This document shows, in pieces, positions 56,589-64,000 of a stretch of 64,000 nt of DNA. Location: the IMG/VR virus record IMGVR_UViG_3300046519_000214, positions 16,554 to 80,553 of that record; one strand, 5' to 3'. Under the pieces are notes generated by a model that was given only the letters and a program-made list of their open reading frames with translations, did not search any database and had not been told where the DNA came from. Source of the stretch: a virus. Positions within the stretch are counted from its first letter, which is position 1. The number at the start of each line of letters is the position of its first letter. The position numbers and the translations under genes were made by a program.

Positions 56589-57293
56589 TTAGTGGACCGT
56601 GTCGAACAGCGGCATCGCGTCGATTTCCTCAACGTTGAGGAAGGTCGGGATACCCCAGTCGTTCACGCCAGCCTTCTGCTTGGTCTGGTAACCAAGGGTC
56701 AGCTTGAGGACGCCAGTCTTTGTGTCGATCTTGGCGCGGACCAGGTTGCGGACGAACTCCTCGAAGTTCTTCCAGCCAGTCGTGGAGAGCGTCAGGCCAA
56801 GGCGCTCGCCGGCCTTCGCCGCCAATTCACCCTTGGTCTTGCTTTCGACCCCGGCTGCGAGAACGAACGGAATTTCCGCCGAACGATACTCGTAGGACTT
56901 CGGATCGATGGTCTTCGCCTGCTGGATCGTGGCGATCCAGGGGCCACCCTGTGCGTCGGTCGCACGGTCGTAGGTCTTGTGATAGACCGACTGGCCGTTG
57001 AGAGTGTACTTGACCTGGTAGATGTAGGCGATCTCGGCCATGTTGAGGAAGACTTCGAGAGTGTCGAGAGGCTTCGTCTTGTCACCGATCTTGATGCCAT
57101 CCGCCGTCAGCTTCAGCCAATGGTCAACGGAAACACCGTTGCCAAGCATGTCGTCGAGACCGAGCGGGGCGCCCGGGGATGCGACGGCGCCTACAGCGGT
57201 CGAGCCGACTACGGCCGGCATCTGCTGCGGGACGGAGTTGGCTGCTGCTGCCTGAGCTGCTGCGATTGCGTCTGCGATAGATTGATTGCTCAT
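56589..57293 (-). CDS. Probable ssDNA-binding/annealing protein
   Basis: Highly biased codons, located in replication cluster, acidic C-terminus; family not certain. Confidence 0.45.
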   Translation of the reverse strand: MSNQSIADAIAAAQAAAANSVPQQMPAVVGSTAVGAVASPGAPLGLDDMLGNGVSVDHWLKLTADGIKIGDKTKPLDTLEVFLNMAEIAYIYQVKYTLNGQSVYHKTYDRATDAQGGPWIATIQQAKTIDPKSYEYRSAEIPFVLAAGVESKTKGELAAKAGERLGLTLSTTGWKNFEEFVRNLVRAKIDTKTGVLKLTLGYQTKQKAGVNDWGIPTFLNVEEIDAMPLFDTVH

Positions 57294-57412
57294 GTTTCAG
57301 TTCCTGTCTTCGTGTTCGTCGAGAGTTTCAGTGTTTGCCACCGGAGTGGTGAGAGATATTTGGCACGAGAGATGAAGAAATTTTAGATCGAGAATGCGAG
57401 AGTTCTAGGAAC

Positions 57413-58843
57413 TCAAGCAGCGAGTTTTTCGAATTTCTTCTCAAAGCCGGAAAGCTGCAGGATCGGTCGAGATGGGTCGACCTTGTTCGCGTCAATGCTC
57501 TTGCGATGGATGATGCTGCAGATGTGCTGATCGAGACTCTCGTAATATTCGAGAGTCGTGAGCCGCAGAGGTGACGAGCGTTTTCCACGGATCGCCCGCT
57601 GGCGAGCCTGGACGAAAGTGGCGTCACCGAAGTCCAAGGCAGTGAAGATCATGTGATCCACCTCCCTCTTCCCGCTGAATTGCCAGTTGTAGCCGAACGC
57701 CGCGGTCTGAGGTGTGGCTAGCACGACCTGGACGTGGCCCTGCTCGAACGCATCGCTGTTATCCTCTCGCTTTTTCTGAGAGATCGAACCGTTGATGACG
57801 ACAAAGCTGAGCTTGTGTTGCTCCAGGAGCTTGGCGACACGCATCTGCTGCGGGATCAGAGGCGTGAAGATGATCAGCGGTTTCTCGCTGAGATAATGTT
57901 CCTCGAAGTGAACCTTCAGCCGCTCTTCTTTACCGGTTGGTTCGCCATTAAGGATGTCGATGAACTGGCCGGGGTTGGCCAGATCCGGGAACTCGCTTGG
58001 GTGCTCCATGAGCTGACGAGCCCGAGTGAAAGCGACACCTGGCAGGGTGCCGTCCAGGAAGAAAGTCTCAAGCTCGAGAACGGCCTCGTCGTGAAACTTG
58101 TCGTAGTAGGTTCGCTGTCTGTCCTCCATATCCACCATCTCAGGGATATGAACGACTTCCTGCTCACCATGGACGCTCGCGAACGTCCGTAGGATGGCGT
58201 GCCGACCGAAGATTTTCGACAACTTCTCATGGTTCTTCCAGCCTGCGATCTTGCCATCTATGTCTTTGATGCCATGATAGAGGAGGAAGTTTTCGTGCGA
58301 GAGGTAGTAGCGTGGCTCGACCACGCGGATCGCCGGATAGGCCGACGAAAGTTTCCCGTCGATGAGCGTTCCGGTCATGGGGATAAACCATTCCATCCGG
58401 CCCGAGTCGAACATCTTGAAAAGAGCAAGGCTGTTCTGACTGTCCGCCGTCTTGTAGCCCATATGGAACTCGTCGATATGGACCGCCTTGACGAATGCGG
58501 GGAGCTGACGCCAGCAGAGAGTCAGTCTTCGGAAGCCCATCAGGAAGACCTTGGCTCCAGATTCGAGCTGCTTCTTGACCTGTGCGGGCGTGCCGTCGAC
58601 GATTACGACGTCCTCGTCAGTGAAATCCGTGAAGCGGAGCAGTTCCCGCTTGTTTTTCTTGAGGAGAGATTTAGGCTGCGCCCATACAGTGCCGACTCCC
58701 TTCTGCGACCACAGAAACCATTGCATCACACAGACGGACGGAGTCTTTCCCGTCCCGGCGTGCGACAAGTTGAGGCACTTGGGGTTTTGCATATAGAAGG
58801 CAAGATCTGCGACCTGGTCAGGTCGGAGTGTTGCGTCAGTCAT
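57413..58843 (-). CDS. SF2 (SNF2-like) helicase
   Basis: GTGKT, DEFH, MTGT, Q...R..R. Confidence 0.9.
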   Translation of the reverse strand: MTDATLRPDQVADLAFYMQNPKCLNLSHAGTGKTPSVCVMQWFLWSQKGVGTVWAQPKSLLKKNKRELLRFTDFTDEDVVIVDGTPAQVKKQLESGAKVFLMGFRRLTLCWRQLPAFVKAVHIDEFHMGYKTADSQNSLALFKMFDSGRMEWFIPMTGTLIDGKLSSAYPAIRVVEPRYYLSHENFLLYHGIKDIDGKIAGWKNHEKLSKIFGRHAILRTFASVHGEQEVVHIPEMVDMEDRQRTYYDKFHDEAVLELETFFLDGTLPGVAFTRARQLMEHPSEFPDLANPGQFIDILNGEPTGKEERLKVHFEEHYLSEKPLIIFTPLIPQQMRVAKLLEQHKLSFVVINGSISQKKREDNSDAFEQGHVQVVLATPQTAAFGYNWQFSGKREVDHMIFTALDFGDATFVQARQRAIRGKRSSPLRLTTLEYYESLDQHICSIIHRKSIDANKVDPSRPILQLSGFEKKFEKLAA

Positions 58844-58857
58844 AGGAGAGACCGTCC

Positions 58858-59301
58858 ATGGAGTTGAGAAAGATTGGCTCGATCGAGGAGATCGATGCGA
58901 AGATGCGGGAGCTGGCCGAGCGTCGTCGTGAGTTGGAGGTGGTAGAGCTCGAGAGACGGCGCACCGACGAGTTCGAAGAGGCCGTGAAGATTTTTGGCCT
59001 CCTCGTCGACCAGCTCCGTCGTTTGGAGGAGATCGGGTATCTGCCAGTCAGGCTGGCCGACGTGCTGACTGACAGCACGGGCAAGATAAATCCGGGTCTG
59101 TATCTGAAGCGGCCGAGGGCGCCGCTTCCGCTAGAGAGACTGGTCAAGCAGCAGCTGAGAAGCTCCGAACATGACGCAGATATTCCCGCGTCTCTCGAGC
59201 TTCCTCCTGAGCACGATGGTCAAAGTCAGGCTGCAGCTTCACCCAAAGCGGTGCGGCTTCGTCGTAAGACCCCCGGTACGCGTCGTAAATCTCAGCAGTG
59301 A
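58858..59301 (+). CDS. Coiled-coil hypothetical protein on the opposite strand
   Basis: aggag RBS; amphipathic N-terminal helix. Confidence 0.55.
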   Translation: MELRKIGSIEEIDAKMRELAERRRELEVVELERRRTDEFEEAVKIFGLLVDQLRRLEEIGYLPVRLADVLTDSTGKINPGLYLKRPRAPLPLERLVKQQLRSSEHDADIPASLELPPEHDGQSQAAASPKAVRLRRKTPGTRRKSQQ

Positions 59302-59461
59302 TGTCGTTTACCTGGAGGGTCGCGGGGCAGAACGTCAGGATACGAACCGTATCCTGGTGTTCGCTTGCGTCGATTACCTTGGCGACTTCTGCGCCAACGG
59401 GGATGCACGGATCATAAATCTCAAAGCGATCACGCTCGAGAACCTCAAAGAGTATCCTCAT
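59144..59461 (-). CDS. Hypothetical protein
   Basis: agga RBS; MRILFEVLERD... Confidence 0.55.
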   Translation of the reverse strand: MRILFEVLERDRFEIYDPCIPVGAEVAKVIDASEHQDTVRILTFCPATLQVNDITAEIYDAYRGSYDEAAPLWVKLQPDFDHRAQEEARETREYLRHVRSFSAAA

Positions 59462-59584
59462 GGATATGTTCCTGATTGTTGGAGAAAGAGCTCGTTTAGC
59501 GTCCGAGCTCGACGGCCAAAGCCTGGTGAAAGGTGGCACCATCTCTGGCTGCGGGTGTTATAGGCGACCGCCCGCTGCGCCCCG

Positions 59585-59632
59585 AAAAAAGAAAAGGCCC
59601 GATAGAACTTCTATCGGGCCTTCTTTGGTTTT
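59585..59632. terminator. Bidirectional terminator
   Basis: aaaaggcccgataga-act-tctatcgggccttctt. Confidence 0.8.
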
Positions 59633-59820
59633 ACCTCGGGCTCGAGGTCTAACTCAGGTTCTGTGGGATCCGGCGCATCCGCCGCTATCTCTATTCGTTT
59701 TCCGAGATCCTGGATCTCTTGATACTTGGTTGGGTTCCAGACACCGGCTGCATTAACTTCCTTGAGAAGTTGATCGCGTCGGGCCGAGAGTTTTTCCTTT
59801 TCGCTCATCATTCCTGACAT
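59611..59820 (-). CDS. Small hypothetical protein
   Basis: ORF in operon. Confidence 0.5.
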   Translation of the reverse strand: MSGMMSEKEKLSARRDQLLKEVNAAGVWNPTKYQEIQDLGKRIEIAADAPDPTEPELDLEPEVKPKKAR

Positions 59821-59828
59821 ATGGGAAC

Positions 59829-60044
59829 TCAGTTCCAGCTCTTCAACTCCCCGACATTAATGCCGAGAGTTGCCGCCTGTTTGTCCCAAAACCGTCTGAG
59901 TTTGAGCCGGATGGACACCGGCTCCATCTCATTGCACTTGGTAAGCAAGGAGCCCTTCATCAGGAGCTCCTTTTGCCACCCCGGAGCCAGGTTGAAATCG
60001 CGAACGATACGAAAGTATTCCTCGTGGCTCTTAATTACGGACAT
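59829..60044 (-). CDS. Small hypothetical protein
   Basis: ggagg RBS. Confidence 0.6.
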   Translation of the reverse strand: MSVIKSHEEYFRIVRDFNLAPGWQKELLMKGSLLTKCNEMEPVSIRLKLRRFWDKQAATLGINVGELKSWN

Positions 60045-60468
60045 TCACCCTCCCTTGATAGAGGTTCTTTTCGAAGGACTGCATCAGCTCCAACAGTGAC
60101 TTTCCGGTCACGTCGGCAATCTTCTGCAGCTGGCTAAGTTGGAAGTCGTGTTGCCCTACTTCCATGCGGGTCAGCACGTGAGTGCTGACACCCAACTTCT
60201 TGGAGTACGATCGCACACCCTCGCCCCCGCGAGCCATGTTTAGTCGCACACCGATCGAATGGTGTTCGCGAGAGATCGGCTGGCCGTTCTCCTTACGCTT
60301 CGGCCCGCGCCCTACGGGAGGAGCCTCACGGATAACGCCGTGTGCTGCTGCGATCTTGTCCAGCGTTCGCCGGTGGACGCCATATTTCTTCGCGATCGCA
60401 TCCACCGAAAGCGAAAGGTACCTGAGATCGTGCAATGCTGCGGCATGCCAGTCTGTGTTAGTCGTCAT
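60031..60468 (-). CDS. Double-HTH regulator with C-terminal XRE domain
   Basis: SVDAIAKKYGVHRRTL; LGVS...L.RME.GQ.D..LS.L.KIA...G. Confidence 0.8.
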   Translation of the reverse strand: MTTNTDWHAAALHDLRYLSLSVDAIAKKYGVHRRTLDKIAAAHGVIREAPPVGRGPKRKENGQPISREHHSIGVRLNMARGGEGVRSYSKKLGVSTHVLTRMEVGQHDFQLSQLQKIADVTGKSLLELMQSFEKNLYQGRVNVRN

Positions 60469-60584
60469 GGACGTTCCTTGTTGAACCACCTGATTTTCCT
60501 GGTCATCCAGATGGCAATTGAAATTTCTATTTTCACCCCTCGTGCTGAGGTGGGCCTCAGAACTGAAAATTCTCCGCATTTACG

Positions 60585-60998
60585 TCATCCGCTGACCCCC
60601 CCATTCGTGACTGGATTCGGTTTCACATCCGGGACCATGAAGTCCACGGGAGTAACAGCGCTGCCTGGATCGAGGATCCGCGTCAGCGAGCATGCGAGGA
60701 GTCGACCCTTCGGTGTCAGGTACGAAAGTTTGTACCGACGATCGCTGGCGTCTTCTCTAATTTCAATGAGGTCGAGGCTCGGGCGGGTGCCTTGCCAGGT
60801 CCAGGTCGAGAGCAGGAGCAAATGCCTGCTCATCGCAGGCTGGGGGATCCCCATTCTGCGTTTCAATTCAGCGGTGGGAACACCCTGATTGGTTGCAACT
60901 GTGAGAAAGACCTGGAACGACAACGCAGGCGCGTCGGCATAGTGACCTCGAAACTCTTCGAGGGCCAGGTTCATTCTCTGCAGGCATGTAAATGGCAA
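60585..60998 (-). CDS. MarR-type winged-helix regulator
   Basis: EL....G..Q..MSR, D.SDRR.K...LT.KG. Confidence 0.85.
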   Translation of the reverse strand: MPFTCLQRMNLALEEFRGHYADAPALSFQVFLTVATNQGVPTAELKRRMGIPQPAMSRHLLLLSTWTWQGTRPSLDLIEIREDASDRRYKLSYLTPKGRLLACSLTRILDPGSAVTPVDFMVPDVKPNPVTNGGVSG

Positions 60999-60999
60999 C

Positions 61000-61384
61000 G
61001 GCTTAGCTCCCCTTCTTTTTTAGCATCGAAGAACGTATCGCAACTGCATACATTCCACAACGCTATCGAGGGGGCATCCACCGCTATGGCAGCGGTTTGC
61101 CGCTTAGGTCACGGTTAAGAGCAACCGATCGCGTCGGGAAACCTTACAACGTTGATATTGTTGATTTTTACTGGACATTGCAGCCACTTGATAATCGGGA
61201 GGAACTTGCCTGTGCATCCCAAAAGTTAACAATCCGTAACTTTTGGCGGGACGGCCGGTCAATATCAGGTGCCCCCGATGCATGCAATAGTGAGTATATT
61301 ATAGGACGCACTTTTTTAGCCCTTGTATCGGAACGCTGTAATTCCATCTACAAGGCCTCGGCGCTCAATGCAAGGAATAAATTC
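61000..61384. promoter_or_regulatory. AT-rich control region upstream of the regulators, with a one-mismatch CtrA-like box at 61104-61118
   Basis: TTAG-gtcacgg-TTAA; no convincing ORF. Confidence 0.45.
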
Positions 61385-61615
61385 CTAGTTCACCGTTTTT
61401 CGATACCGCTCCAGAATGTGGCGATATGTATCCGGAGGTTGATAGCCTGCGGACTCTAACATCTTCACCATCCGTTCCATCTTCATGAAGGCCGGCGCCG
61501 CTGCTGGAAGTTGATCGTCCAGATAATAGGCATCGATCTCAGTCGACATCTCGTCCAAAAGGTCGACTATAGCTTCCGCCACTTCGGGCTGTATGAAAAC
61601 ACTCATGTGCATCAT
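61385..61615 (-). CDS. Small hypothetical protein
   Basis: gagga RBS. Confidence 0.6.
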   Translation of the reverse strand: MMHMSVFIQPEVAEAIVDLLDEMSTEIDAYYLDDQLPAAAPAFMKMERMVKMLESAGYQPPDTYRHILERYRKTVN

Positions 61616-61634
61616 TCCTCAATACCTCCTAATT

Positions 61635-62354
61635 CTACCCCGACATTTGTGCCATCGCGGATACTTGCTTCCTTTTAGTTCCGTGAGCCGGAAAGCCGAT
61701 CACGGCTGGTCGTTTCTCCGCACTGGCACACACGCCGCATTGGAGGCAGGTTGTCTCTGTGTACGTCGCAGGGCAGACCGCGATCCTCTGTCCGCCTGGA
61801 GTGTGTTTAGGTAGCTCGTTCAAACGAGCTCGATACTCGGTCTTCGTCTCGCCCGAGAGTTTCTCGTATTCGATCGGGAGGACCACAACCACGTTCATCT
61901 TATGAGCCGCTAACTCGTCGGCGTGATCGACATTGTTAGCTGACAAGTTCACTGCAAATCCGAGTTCGCGAGCTTGTCTCAAAGTCTCTAAGTTTTCCTC
62001 AGTAGCAGGTTTGTGAGTAAACGCTATGACGGGCCTACCACGGTTAGCTTTCGCTAATCTTAACATTTGCTCTCTGTCGATCGTGTCTCCCTCCCCGGGG
62101 AGATCACCAGCTTGTCCATATCTCCAAGTTTGGCGCCTGGGTAACTGTTCCACATCTTTGAGGAAACTGTCAAAGTCTCCTCCCAACTCTCCACGATCAA
62201 CTTTTCCCCAGACAAGTGCTAGAGGACCGTATTCAGCATAGCATCCCTTCCCTCTAAGAGGGCAAGATGTAGGGCAAGTTGATCGTCCGATAGTTGCAGC
62301 TGGCATAGGGCCAAGCTTTTGATTTCTACTGACTTTTGTCAAGTTGTAATACAT
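61635..62354 (-). CDS. Cys-rich Gp88-like protein (putative Fe-S, radical-SAM-like)
   Basis: CPTSCPLRGKGCYA, WRY..AGD, CP...TCLQCGVC, F.AHG; lower GC. Confidence 0.6.
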   Translation of the reverse strand: MYYNLTKVSRNQKLGPMPAATIGRSTCPTSCPLRGKGCYAEYGPLALVWGKVDRGELGGDFDSFLKDVEQLPRRQTWRYGQAGDLPGEGDTIDREQMLRLAKANRGRPVIAFTHKPATEENLETLRQARELGFAVNLSANNVDHADELAAHKMNVVVVLPIEYEKLSGETKTEYRARLNELPKHTPGGQRIAVCPATYTETTCLQCGVCASAEKRPAVIGFPAHGTKRKQVSAMAQMSG

Positions 62355-62370
62355 CGAATCCTACCGACAT

Positions 62371-62404
62371 AAAAAAACCCGCCTCCAAGGGCGGGTTGTG
62401 TTTT
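62371..62404 (-). terminator. Intrinsic terminator
   Basis: aaaaaaacccgcc-tccaag-ggcgggtt. Confidence 0.75.
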
Positions 62405-62597
62405 GAGAGATTTGTGAGGAGCTATTTGAGCTCTTTGAGAAAGGCTTTGAGTCGCCGGTAGGAGCGGAATTTTTTCGTCACTCCAGTTGAGTTATCTTTG
62501 AAAACCCAACCATCCCAACCGGTTCTAAGGGGAAGTCTCATGAGCAAGACGGTACGCTTGGAGACCAACTCTCTCGTCCCGGGTGCAATCACGTAAA

Positions 62598-62897
62598 TCA
62601 TGAGACCAGTGATGCAACTTCGGGATTATCAGAATGATCTGAAATAACGTCTTCCTCATTTCCGTGGATGAGAAGGACATCACCAACTCGGGTCTGATCT
62701 AGAGCTCGTCGAAATCGAAGTTCCGTCGAGCAAGTTTGACCAACTTCGGAAGTGATCTTTTCAAAGTCTGAGGAGTGTTTGAGAGCCCACTCCTCTCCGT
62801 CGTAAACGGAAACCGTGAGGCCTCCGTCGAGAGCCTTCTGAACCAGGTTGCCGATGATCTTTTGTTCGACCTCTGGAAGCCACTCAGGAAACGCCAT
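62598..62897 (-). CDS. Hypothetical protein
   Basis: SVYDGEEW...GN..DVISD motif typical of small phage proteins. Confidence 0.65.
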   Translation of the reverse strand: MAFPEWLPEVEQKIIGNLVQKALDGGLTVSVYDGEEWALKHSSDFEKITSEVGQTCSTELRFRRALDQTRVGDVLLIHGNEEDVISDHSDNPEVASLVS

Positions 62898-63090
62898 GGA
62901 GGAACCTCTTAGCGATGGCCGCGGTCCACTCGTTCTCGATGTCCTGGCCGGTTTCTAGGAAAATTATCGTCTGGTCGATCTCGCGCCGGCCGGCATGATC
63001 GCCGTGCATAGACCGAGCTGCGGCTGCTTGATGGAGCTCAGCAAGAAATGCTGTGCTGTTCTGTCGCATCGCTCTTTGCGTGAGGGTCAT
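62884..63090 (-). CDS. Small hypothetical protein
   Basis: ggagg RBS, coupled. Confidence 0.6.
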   Translation of the reverse strand: MTLTQRAMRQNSTAFLAELHQAAAARSMHGDHAGRREIDQTIIFLETGQDIENEWTAAIAKRFLHGVS

Positions 63091-63296
63091 CCTGCGACCT
63101 CCAGGAGCCAGTTGGCGAGCTCGCGGGCCTTGTCCTTGGTGAGGATAATGCGGACGGCGTTCGAATGGCCTTGGCTACAGATCGGTTCGAACACGATCGC
63201 GTCCTCAAGGGTGCGGGCATTCATGCCATGTGTCCGCATGGCTCCGTTCCGGCCGTGGTGGTGATAATGGTGGGTGTAGTCGAGCTTCAGCTGCAT
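63087..63296 (-). CDS. Small His-rich hypothetical protein
   Basis: MQLKLDYTHHYHHHG... Confidence 0.5.
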   Translation of the reverse strand: MQLKLDYTHHYHHHGRNGAMRTHGMNARTLEDAIVFEPICSQGHSNAVRIILTKDKARELANWLLEVAG

Positions 63297-63585
63297 CGAT
63301 CTCGTATCCTGGCGATGTGAGGTGGATGGTGGTCCAGACGTCTGATCGACCCACACGATGGCCACTCACCGATTGCGGCGAGGATGGCTCCCAGGTCTTG
63401 AAGGTGACGTCGGTGATGACGATCCCGTTCGGGATCCGAGTTGATCGGGCGATCCGCCCGACCAGGTTGCTTTCTTTGACACGCTCCTGGTGGAGGCGTG
63501 TCCTGGTCTTCTCGAGCCGTGCCTCAAGCCGCTTGATCTTGTCCTTGAGCTTGAGGGCTCGCTCCTCGAGCTCCTCGATCGACAT
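63205..63585 (-). CDS. Coiled-coil hypothetical protein
   Basis: MSIEELEERA..., TAATG coupling; 3' end overlaps next ORF. Confidence 0.5.
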   Translation of the reverse strand: MSIEELEERALKLKDKIKRLEARLEKTRTRLHQERVKESNLVGRIARSTRIPNGIVITDVTFKTWEPSSPQSVSGHRVGRSDVWTTIHLTSPGYEIDAAEARLHPPLSPPRPERSHADTWHECPHP

Positions 63586-63839
63586 TAGAGGGTGAAGCCA
63601 CCGGCCGAGGATCCAACACCGAAGTGCGGGGTGATGTCGCCGTCGCCGCGGTAGCCGACGACAGGTACGTCGCAGCGGGCGTCGAACTTGCCGATCGGCT
63701 TGGTTCGTGTGCAGTCGTCGGCCGACTTCCACGGGTGGCCAGCGAGCTGATGCTCGTTCCCCTTCAGGTGGGAGTACGGGACCGTGGTGCAGGACGCGAG
63801 CATCCCAACGACCGAGAGGGTCGCAATCGAAATTCTCAT
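63585..63839 (-). CDS. Small lipoprotein
   Basis: Signal peptide with lipobox LASC; aagga RBS. Confidence 0.7.
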   Translation of the reverse strand: MRISIATLSVVGMLASCTTVPYSHLKGNEHQLAGHPWKSADDCTRTKPIGKFDARCDVPVVGYRGDGDITPHFGVGSSAGGFTL

Positions 63840-63855
63840 GGGTGTTCCTTTCTTG

Positions 63856-63891
63856 AAAAAGAAAACCCGCCTCGTGGGCGGGTTATTGTTT
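63856..63891 (-). terminator. Intrinsic terminator, near copy of 62371-62404
   Basis: aaaacccgcc-tcgtg-ggcgggtt. Confidence 0.7.
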
Positions 63892-64000
63892 GAAGGTCAG
63901 CCACTCGGGCCAGTCTTGGGCACACCCCTTCCAATCACCCTCATTCCACCATCGGAGGAACTCGAGTCCTTCAGTAGCTTGGAGAGCGAATTGGATGGCG

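Noticed and set aside
1556-57414. GAGTTC-N3-GAACTC as LexA boxes
   Set aside because: The alphaproteobacterial LexA box is a GTTC-N7-GTTC direct repeat; this motif is an inverted repeat with a 3-nt spacer
58836-59147. Minus-strand 103-aa ORF
   Set aside because: Ser/Arg-rich shadow of the better-supported plus-strand ORF, although its coupled start and stop mean it cannot be fully excluded
61226-61240. Further CtrA box (ttaacaatccgtaac)
   Set aside because: Spacing is off by one and the second half-site is imperfect

Overview
A 64-kb stretch of one GC-rich tailed dsDNA phage genome with lambda-like siphovirus morphogenesis genes. The host is most likely an alphaproteobacterium (Rhizobiaceae-like), inferred from CtrA-type boxes and a repABC-like antisense promoter. 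Layout: (1) 1-7.1 kb, leftward small genes around an AT-rich origin-like locus, then a Prim-Pol/SF3 primase-helicase; (2) 7.2-41 kb, rightward packaging, head, fibre, tail and lysis genes; (3) 41-64 kb, leftward nucleotide metabolism and replication genes (NrdAB, MazG, dATP/dGTP diphosphohydrolase, HD hydrolase, SbcCD-like, ThyX, ligase, PolA, 5'-3' exonuclease, SF2 helicase), regulators and small genes. No integrase, ParA, tRNA or CRISPR array was recognised. The main unexpected signals are: a plasmid-type winged-helix Rep-like gene with a predicted counter-transcribed RNA inside the tail operon (possible phage-plasmid replicon); two perfect CtrA boxes at the edges of insertions in the tail operon; a dispersed GAGTTC-N3-GAACTC palindrome upstream of leftward operons; three fibre genes built from shared modules; and an unannotated RHH gene followed by 30-bp-period repeats before the lysis genes. 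All family calls come from motif recognition by eye; no searches were run.
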